From Candidatus Omnitrophota bacterium (GTDB lineage: Bacteria; Omnitrophota; Omnitrophia; Omnitrophales; Aquincolibacteriaceae), in contig JAHFHF010000003.1 of the NCBI GenBank assembly GCA_023247055.1, forward strand, positions 36,367 through 100,366: a stretch of 64,000 bases of DNA. The letters are read 5' to 3'. This document shows positions 26,598 to 38,400 of the stretch, piece after piece; positions within the stretch are counted from its first letter, which is position 1, and each line of letters begins with the position of its first letter. The translations under genes were made by a program, and so were the position numbers. Under the pieces are notes generated by a model. That model had not been told where the DNA came from. It worked only from the letters and a program-made list of their open reading frames with translations, and did not search any database.

Positions 26598-26680
26598 TTG
26601 TCTTTTAGGCCTGCCGGGAGTATAATTCACGTCTATGCCATTCGCATACAGGGATTAACGTGGTCTCTGATGCGATGGCA
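26598..26680 (+). promoter_or_regulatory. Sigma-70 promoter and long 5' hairpin upstream of the CBS-korAB operon
   Basis: TTGTCT-17-TATAAT (26598-26626); stem TGCCAT.TCGCAT..CAGGGATTA / TGGTCTCTG.ATGCGA.TGGCA (26636-26680). Confidence 0.55.
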
Positions 26681-26696
26681 ATAAAATAAAGATTTT

Positions 26697-27173
26697 ATGA
26701 CAAAACCGAGCGTTGAAACCCTTCTTAAAGAAAAGAAAATCTACCAGGTCATCAATCCCAAATGCGTGACCACGCATCCGGATGTTTCCATCAAGCAGGC
26801 CATTAACGTCATGCAGGAAAATAAATCCGGCTATATCGTTGTGGCGGAACACAATCAATGCGTGGGTATGTTTACTGAGACCGATGTCGTCCGGAAAATT
26901 CTGGGCAAAGACGTCAGTTGGAATGCGCCGATCCGCGATTTTATGACCAAAAATCCCTCTGTCTTAAGTCCGAATGATCCCGTGGGCAAAGCCATTGAAC
27001 TCATGGGGGACAACCGTTTTTATCATGTGCCGCTTGTCGATGCGAATGGCAATCTCTCAGGCGTGCTTTCCGTAAGAACCTTGATCCGGTTTCTTGCGGA
27101 GTTTTATCCGACCGAGGTCTTCAACCTGCCGCCCGACCCCAACCAGGTGATGACTCAGCCGGAAGGGGGCTGA
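26697..27173 (+). CDS. Stand-alone CBS-pair protein
   Basis: VGMFTETDV, DFMTKNP, HVPLVD...GVLSVR. Confidence 0.88.
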   Translation: MTKPSVETLLKEKKIYQVINPKCVTTHPDVSIKQAINVMQENKSGYIVVAEHNQCVGMFTETDVVRKILGKDVSWNAPIRDFMTKNPSVLSPNDPVGKAIELMGDNRFYHVPLVDANGNLSGVLSVRTLIRFLAEFYPTEVFNLPPDPNQVMTQPEGG

Positions 27174-27179
27174 GTTTTT

Positions 27180-29060
27180 ATGACCGATATTCAAGAGAAA
27201 AATCCGCCGCAAGCGCAGGCCCATCCGAAGGAACGCAAAGAAATCAGCGCGATCACCGTGCGTTTTGCCGGCGATTCGGGCGACGGCATGCAGCTCGCGG
27301 GCGACCAGTTCACCGATACCACGGCCATCATGGGCAATGATTTTTCAACCCTGCCGGATTATCCCGCTGAAATCCGCGCCCCGGTCGGTACACTGCCCGG
27401 TGTCAGCAGTTTTCAAATTCAATTTTCTGATTCCGTGATCTTTACGCCCGGCGATGTAGCCGACGTGCTGGTGTCCATGAACCCCGCCGCGCTTAAAGTC
27501 AACATTCCCTTTGTCAAAAAGGGCGGGCTTATCATTGTCAACGAATCCGTCTTTAATGAAATCAACCTGCGCAAAGCCAACTGGAAATCCAATCCGCTGC
27601 TGGATGAAACGCTCAAAGATTTTTCGTTAATTAAGATTCCGCTTTCCGAACTGACTAAAAATGCGCTCAAAGATCTCCCGATCAAAATGACCGAAGTCGA
27701 GCGCTGCAAAAACTTTTTTGCGCTCGGGCTGATGTTCTGGCTTTATTCGCGCAGCCTTGAACATACCGTGGATTGGATTCAGAAAAAATTTGCCAAACGT
27801 CCGGAGATGGTCAATGCGAACATCACGGCGCTCAAAGCAGGTTACAACTTTGCGGACATTGCCGAGGTTTTCCCTTCGCAATATTACGTCAAACAATCCG
27901 ACCTGGAACCGGGCACTTACCGCAAAATTATGGGCAACGAAGCTGCCGCTATTGGTTTTATCACGGCCGCGCGTCTGGCCAAGAAAACATTGTTTTACGG
28001 GAGTTATCCCATTACGCCGGCCAGCGATATTTTGCACCAGCTGGCCCGTTTTAAAAATTACGACGTCAAAACTTTTCAAGCTGAGGATGAAATTGCGGCT
28101 GTGGGGTCTGCGATCGGCGCTTCGTTCGGCGGCGAAATCGGCATGACGGGAACGAGCGGTCCGGGCATGTGCCTGAAAGCCGAAGCCATGAATTTGGCGG
28201 TCATGGCCGAGCTGCCTTTGATCGTGATCAACGTCCAGCGCGGCGGACCCAGCACCGGAATGCCGACCAAAACCGAACAGGCCGACCTTTTGCAGGCCAT
28301 GTACGGCCGCAACGGGGAGTCGCCGGTCGCGATTGTGGCGCCCAAGACGCCGGCCGACTGTTTCGACATGGCCATTGAAACTACGCGGCTGGCGCTAAAA
28401 TACATGACGCCGGTTATTTTTCTTTCCGAGGGTTACATTGCCAACGGATCCGAGCCGTGGAAATTGCCGGATATTGAAAAATTACCAAAGATCGAAGTGG
28501 TCCATGCCGCGGCGCCCAATGCCGGCACCGAATTCTGGCCGTACAAACGCGATCCGAAAACGCTGGCGCGCCCCTGGGCCAAACCCGGCACACCGGGCCT
28601 TGAGCACCGCATCGGCGGCTTAGCCAAGGCGGAGAACACGGGTAATGTCAGTTATGATCCGGACAACAACCAAAAGATGATGACCTTGCGGGCTGAAAAA
28701 ATCGCGGGCATTGCCAACGACATCCCGAATCTCGAAGTCTACGGGCCCGCAAAAGGCAAAGTCCTGGTTTTGGGGTGGGGCGGCTCTTTTGGCGCGATTT
28801 TCCAGGCCGTCAAACAGCTTGAACTGGAAGGCAAAAAAGTCAGCCGTGCGCATCTGCAATATTTGAATCCCTTTCCGAAAAACACCGGCGAAGTGCTGCG
28901 GCAGTTTGAAGTGGTTTTGATCCCGGAACTGAATTTCGGGCATTTGCTCAACCTTGTGCGTTTCCGTTTCCCCGGGGTGAATGCAACCGGGCTGCATAAA
29001 GTTCAGGGCCAGCCCTTCAAAGTTTTTGAAGTCGCCGAAAAAATAAAGGAACTTTTATGA
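27180..29060 (+). CDS. korA: 2-oxoacid:ferredoxin oxidoreductase alpha subunit
   Basis: RFAGDSGDGMQL, YPITPAS, QAEDEIAA, QRGGPSTGMPTKTEQ. Confidence 0.93.
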   Translation: MTDIQEKNPPQAQAHPKERKEISAITVRFAGDSGDGMQLAGDQFTDTTAIMGNDFSTLPDYPAEIRAPVGTLPGVSSFQIQFSDSVIFTPGDVADVLVSMNPAALKVNIPFVKKGGLIIVNESVFNEINLRKANWKSNPLLDETLKDFSLIKIPLSELTKNALKDLPIKMTEVERCKNFFALGLMFWLYSRSLEHTVDWIQKKFAKRPEMVNANITALKAGYNFADIAEVFPSQYYVKQSDLEPGTYRKIMGNEAAAIGFITAARLAKKTLFYGSYPITPASDILHQLARFKNYDVKTFQAEDEIAAVGSAIGASFGGEIGMTGTSGPGMCLKAEAMNLAVMAELPLIVINVQRGGPSTGMPTKTEQADLLQAMYGRNGESPVAIVAPKTPADCFDMAIETTRLALKYMTPVIFLSEGYIANGSEPWKLPDIEKLPKIEVVHAAAPNAGTEFWPYKRDPKTLARPWAKPGTPGLEHRIGGLAKAENTGNVSYDPDNNQKMMTLRAEKIAGIANDIPNLEVYGPAKGKVLVLGWGGSFGAIFQAVKQLELEGKKVSRAHLQYLNPFPKNTGEVLRQFEVVLIPELNFGHLLNLVRFRFPGVNATGLHKVQGQPFKVFEVAEKIKELL

Positions 29061-30085
29061 GTACGGGCTTTAAAGAAATGGATTTGTCCTACACCAAGGA
29101 TGATTTTGTCAGCAATCAGGACGTGCGTTGGTGCCCGGGCTGCGGTGATTATGCGATTTTAGCGACTGCACAGCGGACGCTGGCCAAATTTAAAACTCCG
29201 CGCGAAAATTACGTCTTTATTTCAGGCATCGGCTGCTCGAGCCGGTTCCCGTATTACATGAATACTTACGGCTTTCACACGATCCACGGCCGGGCGCCCA
29301 CGATTGCCACGGGCTTGCGCTGCGTGAACCCGGACCTTTCGATCTGGCTGATCACCGGTGACGGCGATGGCCTTAGCATCGGCGGCAACCACTTGATTCA
29401 TTGCATGCGCCGCAATGTGAACATCAATATTTTGCTAGTGAACAACCAGATTTACGGCCTGACAAAAGGGCAATACTCGCCGACGTCCACGCAGGGGAAA
29501 GTCACCAAGTCTTCACCCTATGGTTCCATTGATTATCCCATCAATGCCTTGCGCATTGCGATTGCGTCAGAAGCGACATTCATTGCCCGCACGCTGGATG
29601 CGGATCCCAACCACATGGGCATGATCATGACCCGCGCGGCGCAGCACAAGGGCGTTTCATTTATCGAGATTTATCAGAACTGCATTATTTTCAATGACAA
29701 AACTTTCGCGCCTGTCGTCGGCCGTGAAGTGCGCGATGACCGCATGATTTACCTGGAAGAAGGCAAACCCCTCATTTATGGCAAACAGCGCAATAAAGCG
29801 ATCAAACTTCAGGGGCTGCATCCCGAGATTGTAGACCTCGAAGGCGACGGCGCCGGCCAGGACTTGCTGATCCACAAAGAGCAAAGTCCGGATGCCAGCT
29901 ATGCCTATCTTTTGAGCCAGATGTCTTATCCTGAAATGCCTGTGCCGTTCGGCGTTTTTCGTGCGATCGAACGTCCGACGTATGATGACATGATGAACGA
30001 CCAAGTCGAGGCCATGAAAAAAGAAAAAGGCCCAGGCGACCTTAAAAAACTGATTTATGGTTCCAGCACCTGGACGGTAAAGTGA
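29057..30085 (+). CDS. korB: 2-oxoacid:ferredoxin oxidoreductase beta subunit
   Basis: WCPGCGD, SGIGCSSR, GDGDGLSIGGNH, YGLTKGQYSPTS. Confidence 0.93.
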   Translation: MSTGFKEMDLSYTKDDFVSNQDVRWCPGCGDYAILATAQRTLAKFKTPRENYVFISGIGCSSRFPYYMNTYGFHTIHGRAPTIATGLRCVNPDLSIWLITGDGDGLSIGGNHLIHCMRRNVNINILLVNNQIYGLTKGQYSPTSTQGKVTKSSPYGSIDYPINALRIAIASEATFIARTLDADPNHMGMIMTRAAQHKGVSFIEIYQNCIIFNDKTFAPVVGREVRDDRMIYLEEGKPLIYGKQRNKAIKLQGLHPEIVDLEGDGAGQDLLIHKEQSPDASYAYLLSQMSYPEMPVPFGVFRAIERPTYDDMMNDQVEAMKKEKGPGDLKKLIYGSSTWTVK

Positions 30086-30137
30086 CGCGTAGCGTCATCC
30101 CCGAATGTCTTTGTCGGGGATCAGGAGAGAGAGTTAT

Positions 30138-30668
30138 ATGAAAATAAAGTGCCCCTCATGCGGGACTGAAAATATCGAAGGCCTGGACCGCTGCGAGCAG
30201 TGCCTGCATTCGCTCATCACGCGCGATTTACCCAAGCCGAGCAAGGATGACCTCTACCAAAATGCCCTGATGACGGCGCCGGTCTCCGCGCTGGTCACCG
30301 GCAAAGACTTGCTGGTGGCCGACACGGCCGATTCGATCGCGAAGGTCATCGAAATTTTCCAGAAAAAATCAAAAAACTGCGTCCTGGTTTATCAGAAGAA
30401 AAAACTTGTAGGCATTATCAGCAACCGCGATTTGATCCGGCGTGTCGCCGGCATCCATGCGGACCTTTCCAAGGTCAAAGCTCAGGATGTCATGACGCCA
30501 AACCCGGAATCCGTCAAACTGCAGGACCCCATTTCATTTGTCGTCAATAAAATGGCCATGGGTGGCTTCCGCCACGTGCCTGTGCTGGCGCAGGACGGTG
30601 CGCCCATCAGCATCGTCAATATTCACGACGTCATGCACTTCCTCTCAAGCCATCAAAAGAAAGATTAA
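30138..30668 (+). CDS. Zinc-ribbon + CBS-pair protein
   Basis: CPSCG...CEQC then CBS motifs (LVGIISNRDL, VMTPNP, GFRHVPV). Confidence 0.85.
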   Translation: MKIKCPSCGTENIEGLDRCEQCLHSLITRDLPKPSKDDLYQNALMTAPVSALVTGKDLLVADTADSIAKVIEIFQKKSKNCVLVYQKKKLVGIISNRDLIRRVAGIHADLSKVKAQDVMTPNPESVKLQDPISFVVNKMAMGGFRHVPVLAQDGAPISIVNIHDVMHFLSSHQKKD

Positions 30669-30672
30669 CCCC

Positions 30673-31287
30673 ATGACCTTTCGCCGTTTTTTTTCTTGGA
30701 GTGTTCTTTTTTTTGCCATGGCGGTTTTTTCTGCAGGATGCGGTAAAAACGCTGCAGATAACGCTAAAAAAGAAGCGACAACGCCTGCTGCGCCTGCTGC
30801 GCCTGCTGCGCAGGCCATGCAGGCCAAAGCCGGGCAAGAAACTTTTAACTTCCGCGAAATTTTGGCGCGTGCCCGGGAAGAAGAACGGTTCTTCAGCGGC
30901 CTTTGCCGCCTGCTTTTGACGCGCTCGGTTTTATTCGCTCTGGATACCCAGGAAACCAAACCGGAAGTTGACGATAAAGGCAACCCGACCAAGTTTTCCA
31001 TTAAAGTGCTGAAACCTGCCGAAGACAAAGGGCCTGGCGCGGCGCTTATTTTCAGCAGCAAAGAGTCGCTGGCTGCTGCGGGCGATAAGTTCAGCTGGGC
31101 TAAGAATGAAAAAGGCATGTATAGTTTTGCGTCTGTGAACGGCCAGGCCGCTTTCCGCATTCTGAAGGATAATGGATACAGTCAGGTGATTCTCGACTCG
31201 GCAAGTCCTACGCCCCTGATGCTGAATCCGGCGGAAATCCAGTCTCTCGCAGACGGGAAAATTCCTCCTTTTCATAAAGCTTCCTGA
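30673..31287 (+). CDS. Putative lipoprotein (SseB-like fold possible)
   Basis: Lipobox FSAGC, APA x3 linker, ALIFSS...LNPAEIQSL. Confidence 0.6.
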   Translation: MTFRRFFSWSVLFFAMAVFSAGCGKNAADNAKKEATTPAAPAAPAAQAMQAKAGQETFNFREILARAREEERFFSGLCRLLLTRSVLFALDTQETKPEVDDKGNPTKFSIKVLKPAEDKGPGAALIFSSKESLAAAGDKFSWAKNEKGMYSFASVNGQAAFRILKDNGYSQVILDSASPTPLMLNPAEIQSLADGKIPPFHKAS

Positions 31288-31316
31288 TTTTTCAATAACG
31301 GTCTTTTTTGGATTGC

Positions 31317-31874
31317 ATGATTAAAACCGGTTTTTTGGCTGCGTTCTTACTGGCTCTTTCCTGGCCCGCAAACGGCTGTCTTTTTGCCGAAGAAATTCTC
31401 TATGTCATTGACGGCGATACGGTTGTTCTCGCCAATGCGCATGAAGAACACGTGCGTTTGATCGGTATCGATGCGCCGGAGATCGATCATCCGGATTACG
31501 GGCGTAAGGGGGAACCTTACGGTACAGAATCGGCAGATTATTTGCGCAGTTTGGTGGGCGGCAAAACGGTCCGGCTTGAAGGCGGCAGCGAATCTAAAGA
31601 CAAATACGGCCGGACGCTGGCCTATCTCTACCTGCCGGACGGATTGTTTGTCAACCGGCAGATGGTCGAAAGCGGTTATGCCGAAACTTTCCGGCGTTTT
31701 GATTTTACGTATAAACAAGAATTTTTGGATCTTGAAAAAAAAGCGCGCGCAGAAAAACGCGGCATGTGGCGCGAGCGCCCCAATGACTGGAAAGAACAAT
31801 TTCAACACTGGCTTTCGGCAAGAACTCCACAGCGTAAACAGGTTAGTCATGAGTCGTCAGTCTTGAGTCGTTAA
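31317..31874 (+). CDS. Secreted thermonuclease (SNase family)
   Basis: VIDGDT, VRLIGIDAPE, DKYGRTLAY, ARAEKRGMW. Confidence 0.92.
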   Translation: MIKTGFLAAFLLALSWPANGCLFAEEILYVIDGDTVVLANAHEEHVRLIGIDAPEIDHPDYGRKGEPYGTESADYLRSLVGGKTVRLEGGSESKDKYGRTLAYLYLPDGLFVNRQMVESGYAETFRRFDFTYKQEFLDLEKKARAEKRGMWRERPNDWKEQFQHWLSARTPQRKQVSHESSVLSR

Positions 31875-31960
31875 AAAAAAGAGCGCCTTGTGACTCCGAT
31901 CACCGTAGGTCATTTGTCAGAATGACAAACGCAAATTTTTCTAAGCCAAGATTTTTAGGT

Positions 31961-32124
31961 TTAGGCATTAACGCCTCGTGTGAGTTTTCCCCCCTCTTAA
32001 TCTCCCCCCGGAGAGCGCGGGGGGAGAAATAAAAGCGGTTTTACTATTTCCTCCCCCGTGCTTTTCGGGGGAGGATTAAGGTGGGGGGAAGTAGCATAAA
32101 CCTGCACAAGGCGTTAGGCATTAA
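31961..32124. mobile_element. 142-bp MITE-like element carrying a family D core, with 11-bp direct repeats
   Basis: TTAGGCATTAA at 31961-31971 and 32114-32124; imperfect terminal IR CGCCTCGTG / CACAAGGCG. Confidence 0.7.
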
Positions 32125-32156
32125 GCCAGGTTCTTTTTAACCGATAAAATAACACC

Positions 32157-32842
32157 ATGCTTTGTTGTTCAAAAAAAACCTCGATCACCAAAAAAGCCGT
32201 CATGGCCGTGACCGGCCTGCTTCTGCTGGGATTTGTGATCGCACATTTGCTCGGCAATCTCTGCGTTTTCGGCGGCCCGGATCTTTTGAATTCTTATGCC
32301 TATCACCTGGAAGGACTGGGCCCTCTTTTATGGGCTGCCCGCCTGGGACTTCTCATCCTTGTTTTGCTGCATATCACCACAGCCGTCCAGCTTGTCCTTG
32401 AAAATCGCAAGGCCCGTCCGGTGCCCTATCAGCGTTATAAACCCGTGGAGACTACGTATGCGGCGCGGACGATGGCTGCATCCGGTGTCATCGTATTGGC
32501 TTTCATTGTGTACCATCTGCTGCACTTTACATTCCGCGTCACCCATCCGGATATTTCGCACGGCCTCGATCCGCACGGCCACCGGGATGTGTACCGCATG
32601 GTGGTCTTGAGTTTCGGCGACCCGCGGGTTGCGGGAGGATACGTTTTTGCCATGGCGCTCCTTTGCCTGCATCTTAGCCACGGTTTCAAGAGCCTATTTC
32701 AATCCATGGGCTGGAATAGCATACGGCTCGAACCCAAACTGGCGGGCATCAGCCGCCTGCTGGCGCTTTTAATTTTTATCGGATACAGTTCCATTCCGCT
32801 GGCCGTGCTGCTGGGCTTTGTCAAACCTGCGGGAGCGCTGTC

Positions 32843-32846
<4 letters not shown>
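32157..32846 (+). CDS. sdhC: Succinate dehydrogenase/fumarate reductase cytochrome b subunit
   Basis: [29 protein letters not shown] heme His residues. Confidence 0.92.
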
Positions 32847-34752
<1,906 letters not shown>

Positions 34753-34756
<4 letters not shown>

Positions 34757-35502
34757 ACCTTGTTCTGCATGTCTGGCGCCAAAAAAACAATTCTGAAAAA
34801 GGCAAAATGGTCCGCTATGAGGCCCAAGATATCAATCCGCACATGTCTTTTCTGGAAATGCTGGATGTGGTCAACGAAAGGCTGATTCAAAAAGGCGAGG
34901 ATCCGGTTGCGTTTGACCATGACTGCCGCGAGGGAATCTGCGGCGCCTGTTCATTGACGATCAACGGCCGGCCGCATGGGCCAGAACGCGGCACGACCGT
35001 CTGCCAGCTGCACATGCGTCATTTCAAGGACGGTGAAGAAATTTATATCGAGCCTTGGCGCGCCAAAGCGTTTCCCGTGATTAAAGACTTGGTTGTGGCC
35101 CGCCAGGCTTTTGACCGCATTATCCAAAGCGGTGGTTTTGTATCTGTCAAAACCGGCAGCGCCCAGGATGCGAACACCATTTTAATCGGCAAGGACACTG
35201 CCGACAAAGCCATGGATGCTGCGGCCTGTATCGGCTGCGGCGCCTGTGTGGCGGCTTGTCCAAATGCGTCAGCCATGTTGTTCGTAGCCGCCAAGGTATC
35301 GCATCTGGCTTTGATGCCGCAGGGACAAGTCGAGAAACAAAAGCGTGTTTTGAACATGGTCCGTACCATGGACAACGAAAACTTCGGCAATTGCACCAAC
35401 CACTACGAATGCGAAGCCGCCTGCCCCAAAGAAATTTCCGTGGATTTCATCGCCCAGATGAATCGGGAATATTTACACGCAAGCATCAATGAGAAGCGCT
35501 GA
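34753..35502 (+). CDS. sdhB: Succinate dehydrogenase/fumarate reductase Fe-S subunit
   Basis: [34 protein letters not shown]. Confidence 0.95.
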
Positions 35503-35523
35503 TAGTCATCGAAAGGAGATTTT

Positions 35524-36117
35524 ATGAAAAAAAGTCTTTTCGTCTTAACCTTGGCTGCGCTGCTGGCCTGTCCTATCTCCAGTGCCGGCGCGGCGACCTA
35601 CGACATTGATTTGGATCACAGCACGGTGGGTTTCAAAATCCGGCATCTGCTTTCAAACGTGCGCGGAACTTTTGACCGGTTTTCAGGCACGTTGACCTTT
35701 GAACCCGGTAAGCCTGAACTGTGGAAAGTTGAAGCCGTAATCCAATCCGAAAGCATCAATACGAACGTAGCAGAACGTGACAAGCATTTAAGAAGCGCGG
35801 ACTTCTTTGATGCTGAAAAATACCCTGCGATTACGTTTAAAAGCACGAACGTAACGCTTGTGGATGAGCAGCATGCCAAGGTCGAAGGTCTTTTTTCAAT
35901 GCACGGAGTTGAGAAACTCGTCACGCTGGATGTGGAAATTCATGGCGTGGCCAAAGACCCGTGGGGCAATGTGCGCGCCGCTTTTACGGCTACCACCATG
36001 CTCAACCGCAAAGATTTTGGGATTGTCTATAATCAGACGCTGGAAACCGGCGGCGTGCTGATCGGCGAAGACGTCCAGGTCACGATCGAAATCGAAGGGC
36101 TTCAAAAAGAAGCCTGA
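35524..36117 (+). CDS. yceI: YceI-family periplasmic lipid/polyisoprenoid-binding protein
   Basis: Signal peptide, ID.DHS.VGFKIRH, RDKHLRSADFFD, RKDFG. Confidence 0.9.
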   Translation: MKKSLFVLTLAALLACPISSAGAATYDIDLDHSTVGFKIRHLLSNVRGTFDRFSGTLTFEPGKPELWKVEAVIQSESINTNVAERDKHLRSADFFDAEKYPAITFKSTNVTLVDEQHAKVEGLFSMHGVEKLVTLDVEIHGVAKDPWGNVRAAFTATTMLNRKDFGIVYNQTLETGGVLIGEDVQVTIEIEGLQKEA

Positions 36118-36151
36118 TTTAAGCAAGCAATACCAACCCAGGAGAAAACGT

Positions 36152-36424
36152 ATGAAGAAATCGAAAAAAAATGCATTGCTAGCCGCGTCTGTTTCGGGGC
36201 TTTTAGCCGTGGCAGGTTTTGCTGCGGGTGTTAATACGGTTTATGCAGCGGATGAAATCGCCTGTTCGGGCATTAATGGCTGCAAGGGGCAGGGCGCTTG
36301 CGGCGGCAAGGGCCATTCATGCGCCGGAAAAAATGCCTGCAAAGGGCAGGGCTGGCTCAAAGTTGCTTCGGCCGATGCCTGCACCTCGCAGGGCGGAGCC
36401 GTCGTTCCCGGCATGGCCATGTAA
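36152..36424 (+). CDS. Bufferin-type (BufA2-like) Cys-rich precursor with Sec signal
   Basis: CSGINGCKGQGAC...SCAGKNACKGQGW...C; directly upstream of DUF692. Confidence 0.8.
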   Translation: MKKSKKNALLAASVSGLLAVAGFAAGVNTVYAADEIACSGINGCKGQGACGGKGHSCAGKNACKGQGWLKVASADACTSQGGAVVPGMAM

Positions 36425-38136
36425 TGAGTCAAGATGGGATAACGGGGCTTTTTGCGCCAAAATGGCCCCGGTTAGGGTGCGGAGTCGGGCTGCGGCCGAA
36501 ACACTACCCGGTCATTACAAGCGAGTGGCCGAAAGTCGATTGGTTTGAAGCCATTACTGAAAACTACATGGACTCCGGTGGCCGGCCTGCGGCCGTTTTA
36601 GAACAAATTCGCTCCCGTTATCCCATCGCCCTGCATGGCGTCGCGCTTTCCATCGGCTCCATGGATCCTTTGAATGAACAGTACCTCACCCGCCTGCAAA
36701 ATCTTGCCGAACGTATCCAGCCGGCGATCGTATCCGACCATTTGTGCTGGTCCGGCGCCGGCGGCGAACAGCTTCACGATTTGTTGCCGCTGCCCTTCAC
36801 GGAAGAAGCCATCCGCCACGTGGTTTCACGCGTCCAGCACGTCCAGGATAGGCTCAAAAGACCGATTCTGCTTGAAAATGTCTCGACGTATGTGACTTTC
36901 CGGCATGCTCAAATGCCTGAATGGGTCTTTCTTGCGGAAATTGCGCGGCGTTCCGGCTGCGGCATTTTGCTAGACCTCAACAACATCTATGTTAACGCGT
37001 GTAACCATGGTTTTGACGCAGCGGCTTATATTGATGCCGTGCCGGTTTCAAAAATCGGGCAATTTCATTTGGCGGGCCATACGGACATGGGCAAATTTCT
37101 TTTTGACACGCACAGTGCGCCCGTGATTGCGCCGGTTTGGGATTTGTACCGCAGAGCCCTTCAGCGCTGCGGTCCGGCCGCCACGCTGCTGGAATGGGAC
37201 GAAAATATTCCGGATTGGCCCCGCCTTGAAGAGGAATGCCGCCGTGCCCTAGAAATTTATGCGGAATTTGAGCATACGGAACCGGCCGCAGAGATCGAGA
37301 CTTCCATGGCTTCCCATCCGCCGACGGCGCAAAATCCGGGAAAGCCATTGCGTGAAATTCAAGGGATGATCAAATCTTACATCCAGCCTGCAGCCCGCAA
37401 GCCTAAAGATAAAATTTTTAATGCCCAGGGCGGCGAGCCGGGAGAAGCGAGAATGGCGGTTTATGCCGGCGGCTATCTTGCGCGCATCCATGAGAGTTTG
37501 TGCGAAGTCTACGAAACGGTGCGGAAAATTTTAGGCGCCGATGATTTTATGCAGCTGGCGGAAGCCTATGCTGTGCAATACCCTTCGCGGGATTATAACT
37601 TGACCCATGCCGGCCGGCATCTGCCCAAACTGCTGCGGGAATCCAAAGCCCCCGCAATCCTGAAACGCCCATACTTGACGGAGTTAGCACGCTTGGAATG
37701 GCTTCTCTCTGAAGCGTTCCATGCGTTCGACGAGACTGCTTTTGATCATGCGCAGATGGCCCGGATCGCGCCGGAAGCCTGGGAAGAGACGCGGATTTTT
37801 TTTCAGCCGTCAGTCCGGCTTTTTGAATCGGATTGGCCTGTTCTGACGTTATGGCAGGAGCGCGGCATTGAAACAATTCAAGAGTTTCAGGTCGCGGCAC
37901 CGCAGCAGGTATTAATCGGACGGCGTGGAACGCAAGTGCGCTGCGAAATTTTGGCCCCGTTTCAATACGCGCTCATAGAGGGTCTTCTGTCCGGTCAAAC
38001 CCTGGGAAAAGTCTGCGAGAGACTCGCCGAGGAATCCGCCGAAGCGGATCTTCCCGTTACGGAATGGTTTGCGCGCTGGGTGCAGGATGGCCTCATTGCC
38101 CGCTGCGAAGCCCCCAAACTTAAATCAGTGCCTTAG
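36424..38136 (+). CDS. DUF692 (MNIO) enzyme fused to DUF2063-like partner domain
   Basis: GVGLRPKH, EAITENY, SDHLCW, LLENVS, LDLNNIY, HLAGH, LEWD; then RMAVY..GY.AR, ELARLEW. Confidence 0.85.
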   Translation: MSQDGITGLFAPKWPRLGCGVGLRPKHYPVITSEWPKVDWFEAITENYMDSGGRPAAVLEQIRSRYPIALHGVALSIGSMDPLNEQYLTRLQNLAERIQPAIVSDHLCWSGAGGEQLHDLLPLPFTEEAIRHVVSRVQHVQDRLKRPILLENVSTYVTFRHAQMPEWVFLAEIARRSGCGILLDLNNIYVNACNHGFDAAAYIDAVPVSKIGQFHLAGHTDMGKFLFDTHSAPVIAPVWDLYRRALQRCGPAATLLEWDENIPDWPRLEEECRRALEIYAEFEHTEPAAEIETSMASHPPTAQNPGKPLREIQGMIKSYIQPAARKPKDKIFNAQGGEPGEARMAVYAGGYLARIHESLCEVYETVRKILGADDFMQLAEAYAVQYPSRDYNLTHAGRHLPKLLRESKAPAILKRPYLTELARLEWLLSEAFHAFDETAFDHAQMARIAPEAWEETRIFFQPSVRLFESDWPVLTLWQERGIETIQEFQVAAPQQVLIGRRGTQVRCEILAPFQYALIEGLLSGQTLGKVCERLAEESAEADLPVTEWFARWVQDGLIARCEAPKLKSVP

Positions 38137-38395
38137 CGGCTTCCCAGATATTTTCCGAAAAATATTTTACGCCTTTTACGAGCGCATTGTCTTCTTGGGT
38201 GCTATGCCAATAGCCCGCATTCTGCGTGAGGTAGGAAGACCGCCGCTCCTGTTTATAAAACTCATACCATTTTTTGGAGTTTGCGCCGGCAGGCCGGACG
38301 TAGGGATTGTCTTTGGCGGGGTTATATTGCGCCAAGGCGGAGAAGGAAAAGAGGCAGCAGACTGCAAAAATGAACAGGCCGAATTTAAATTTCAT
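38120..38395 (-). CDS. Small secreted hypothetical protein (91 aa)
   Basis: MKFKFGLFIFAVCCLFSFSALA signal; follows the SSS gene after a 5-bp gap. Confidence 0.55.
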   Translation of the reverse strand: MKFKFGLFIFAVCCLFSFSALAQYNPAKDNPYVRPAGANSKKWYEFYKQERRSSYLTQNAGYWHSTQEDNALVKGVKYFSENIWEAAKALI

Positions 38396-38400
38396 GATAC

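Noticed and set aside
30784-30810. CCTGCTGCG x3 as a contingency repeat
   Set aside because: An in-frame 9-mer encoding an ordinary Ala/Pro linker.
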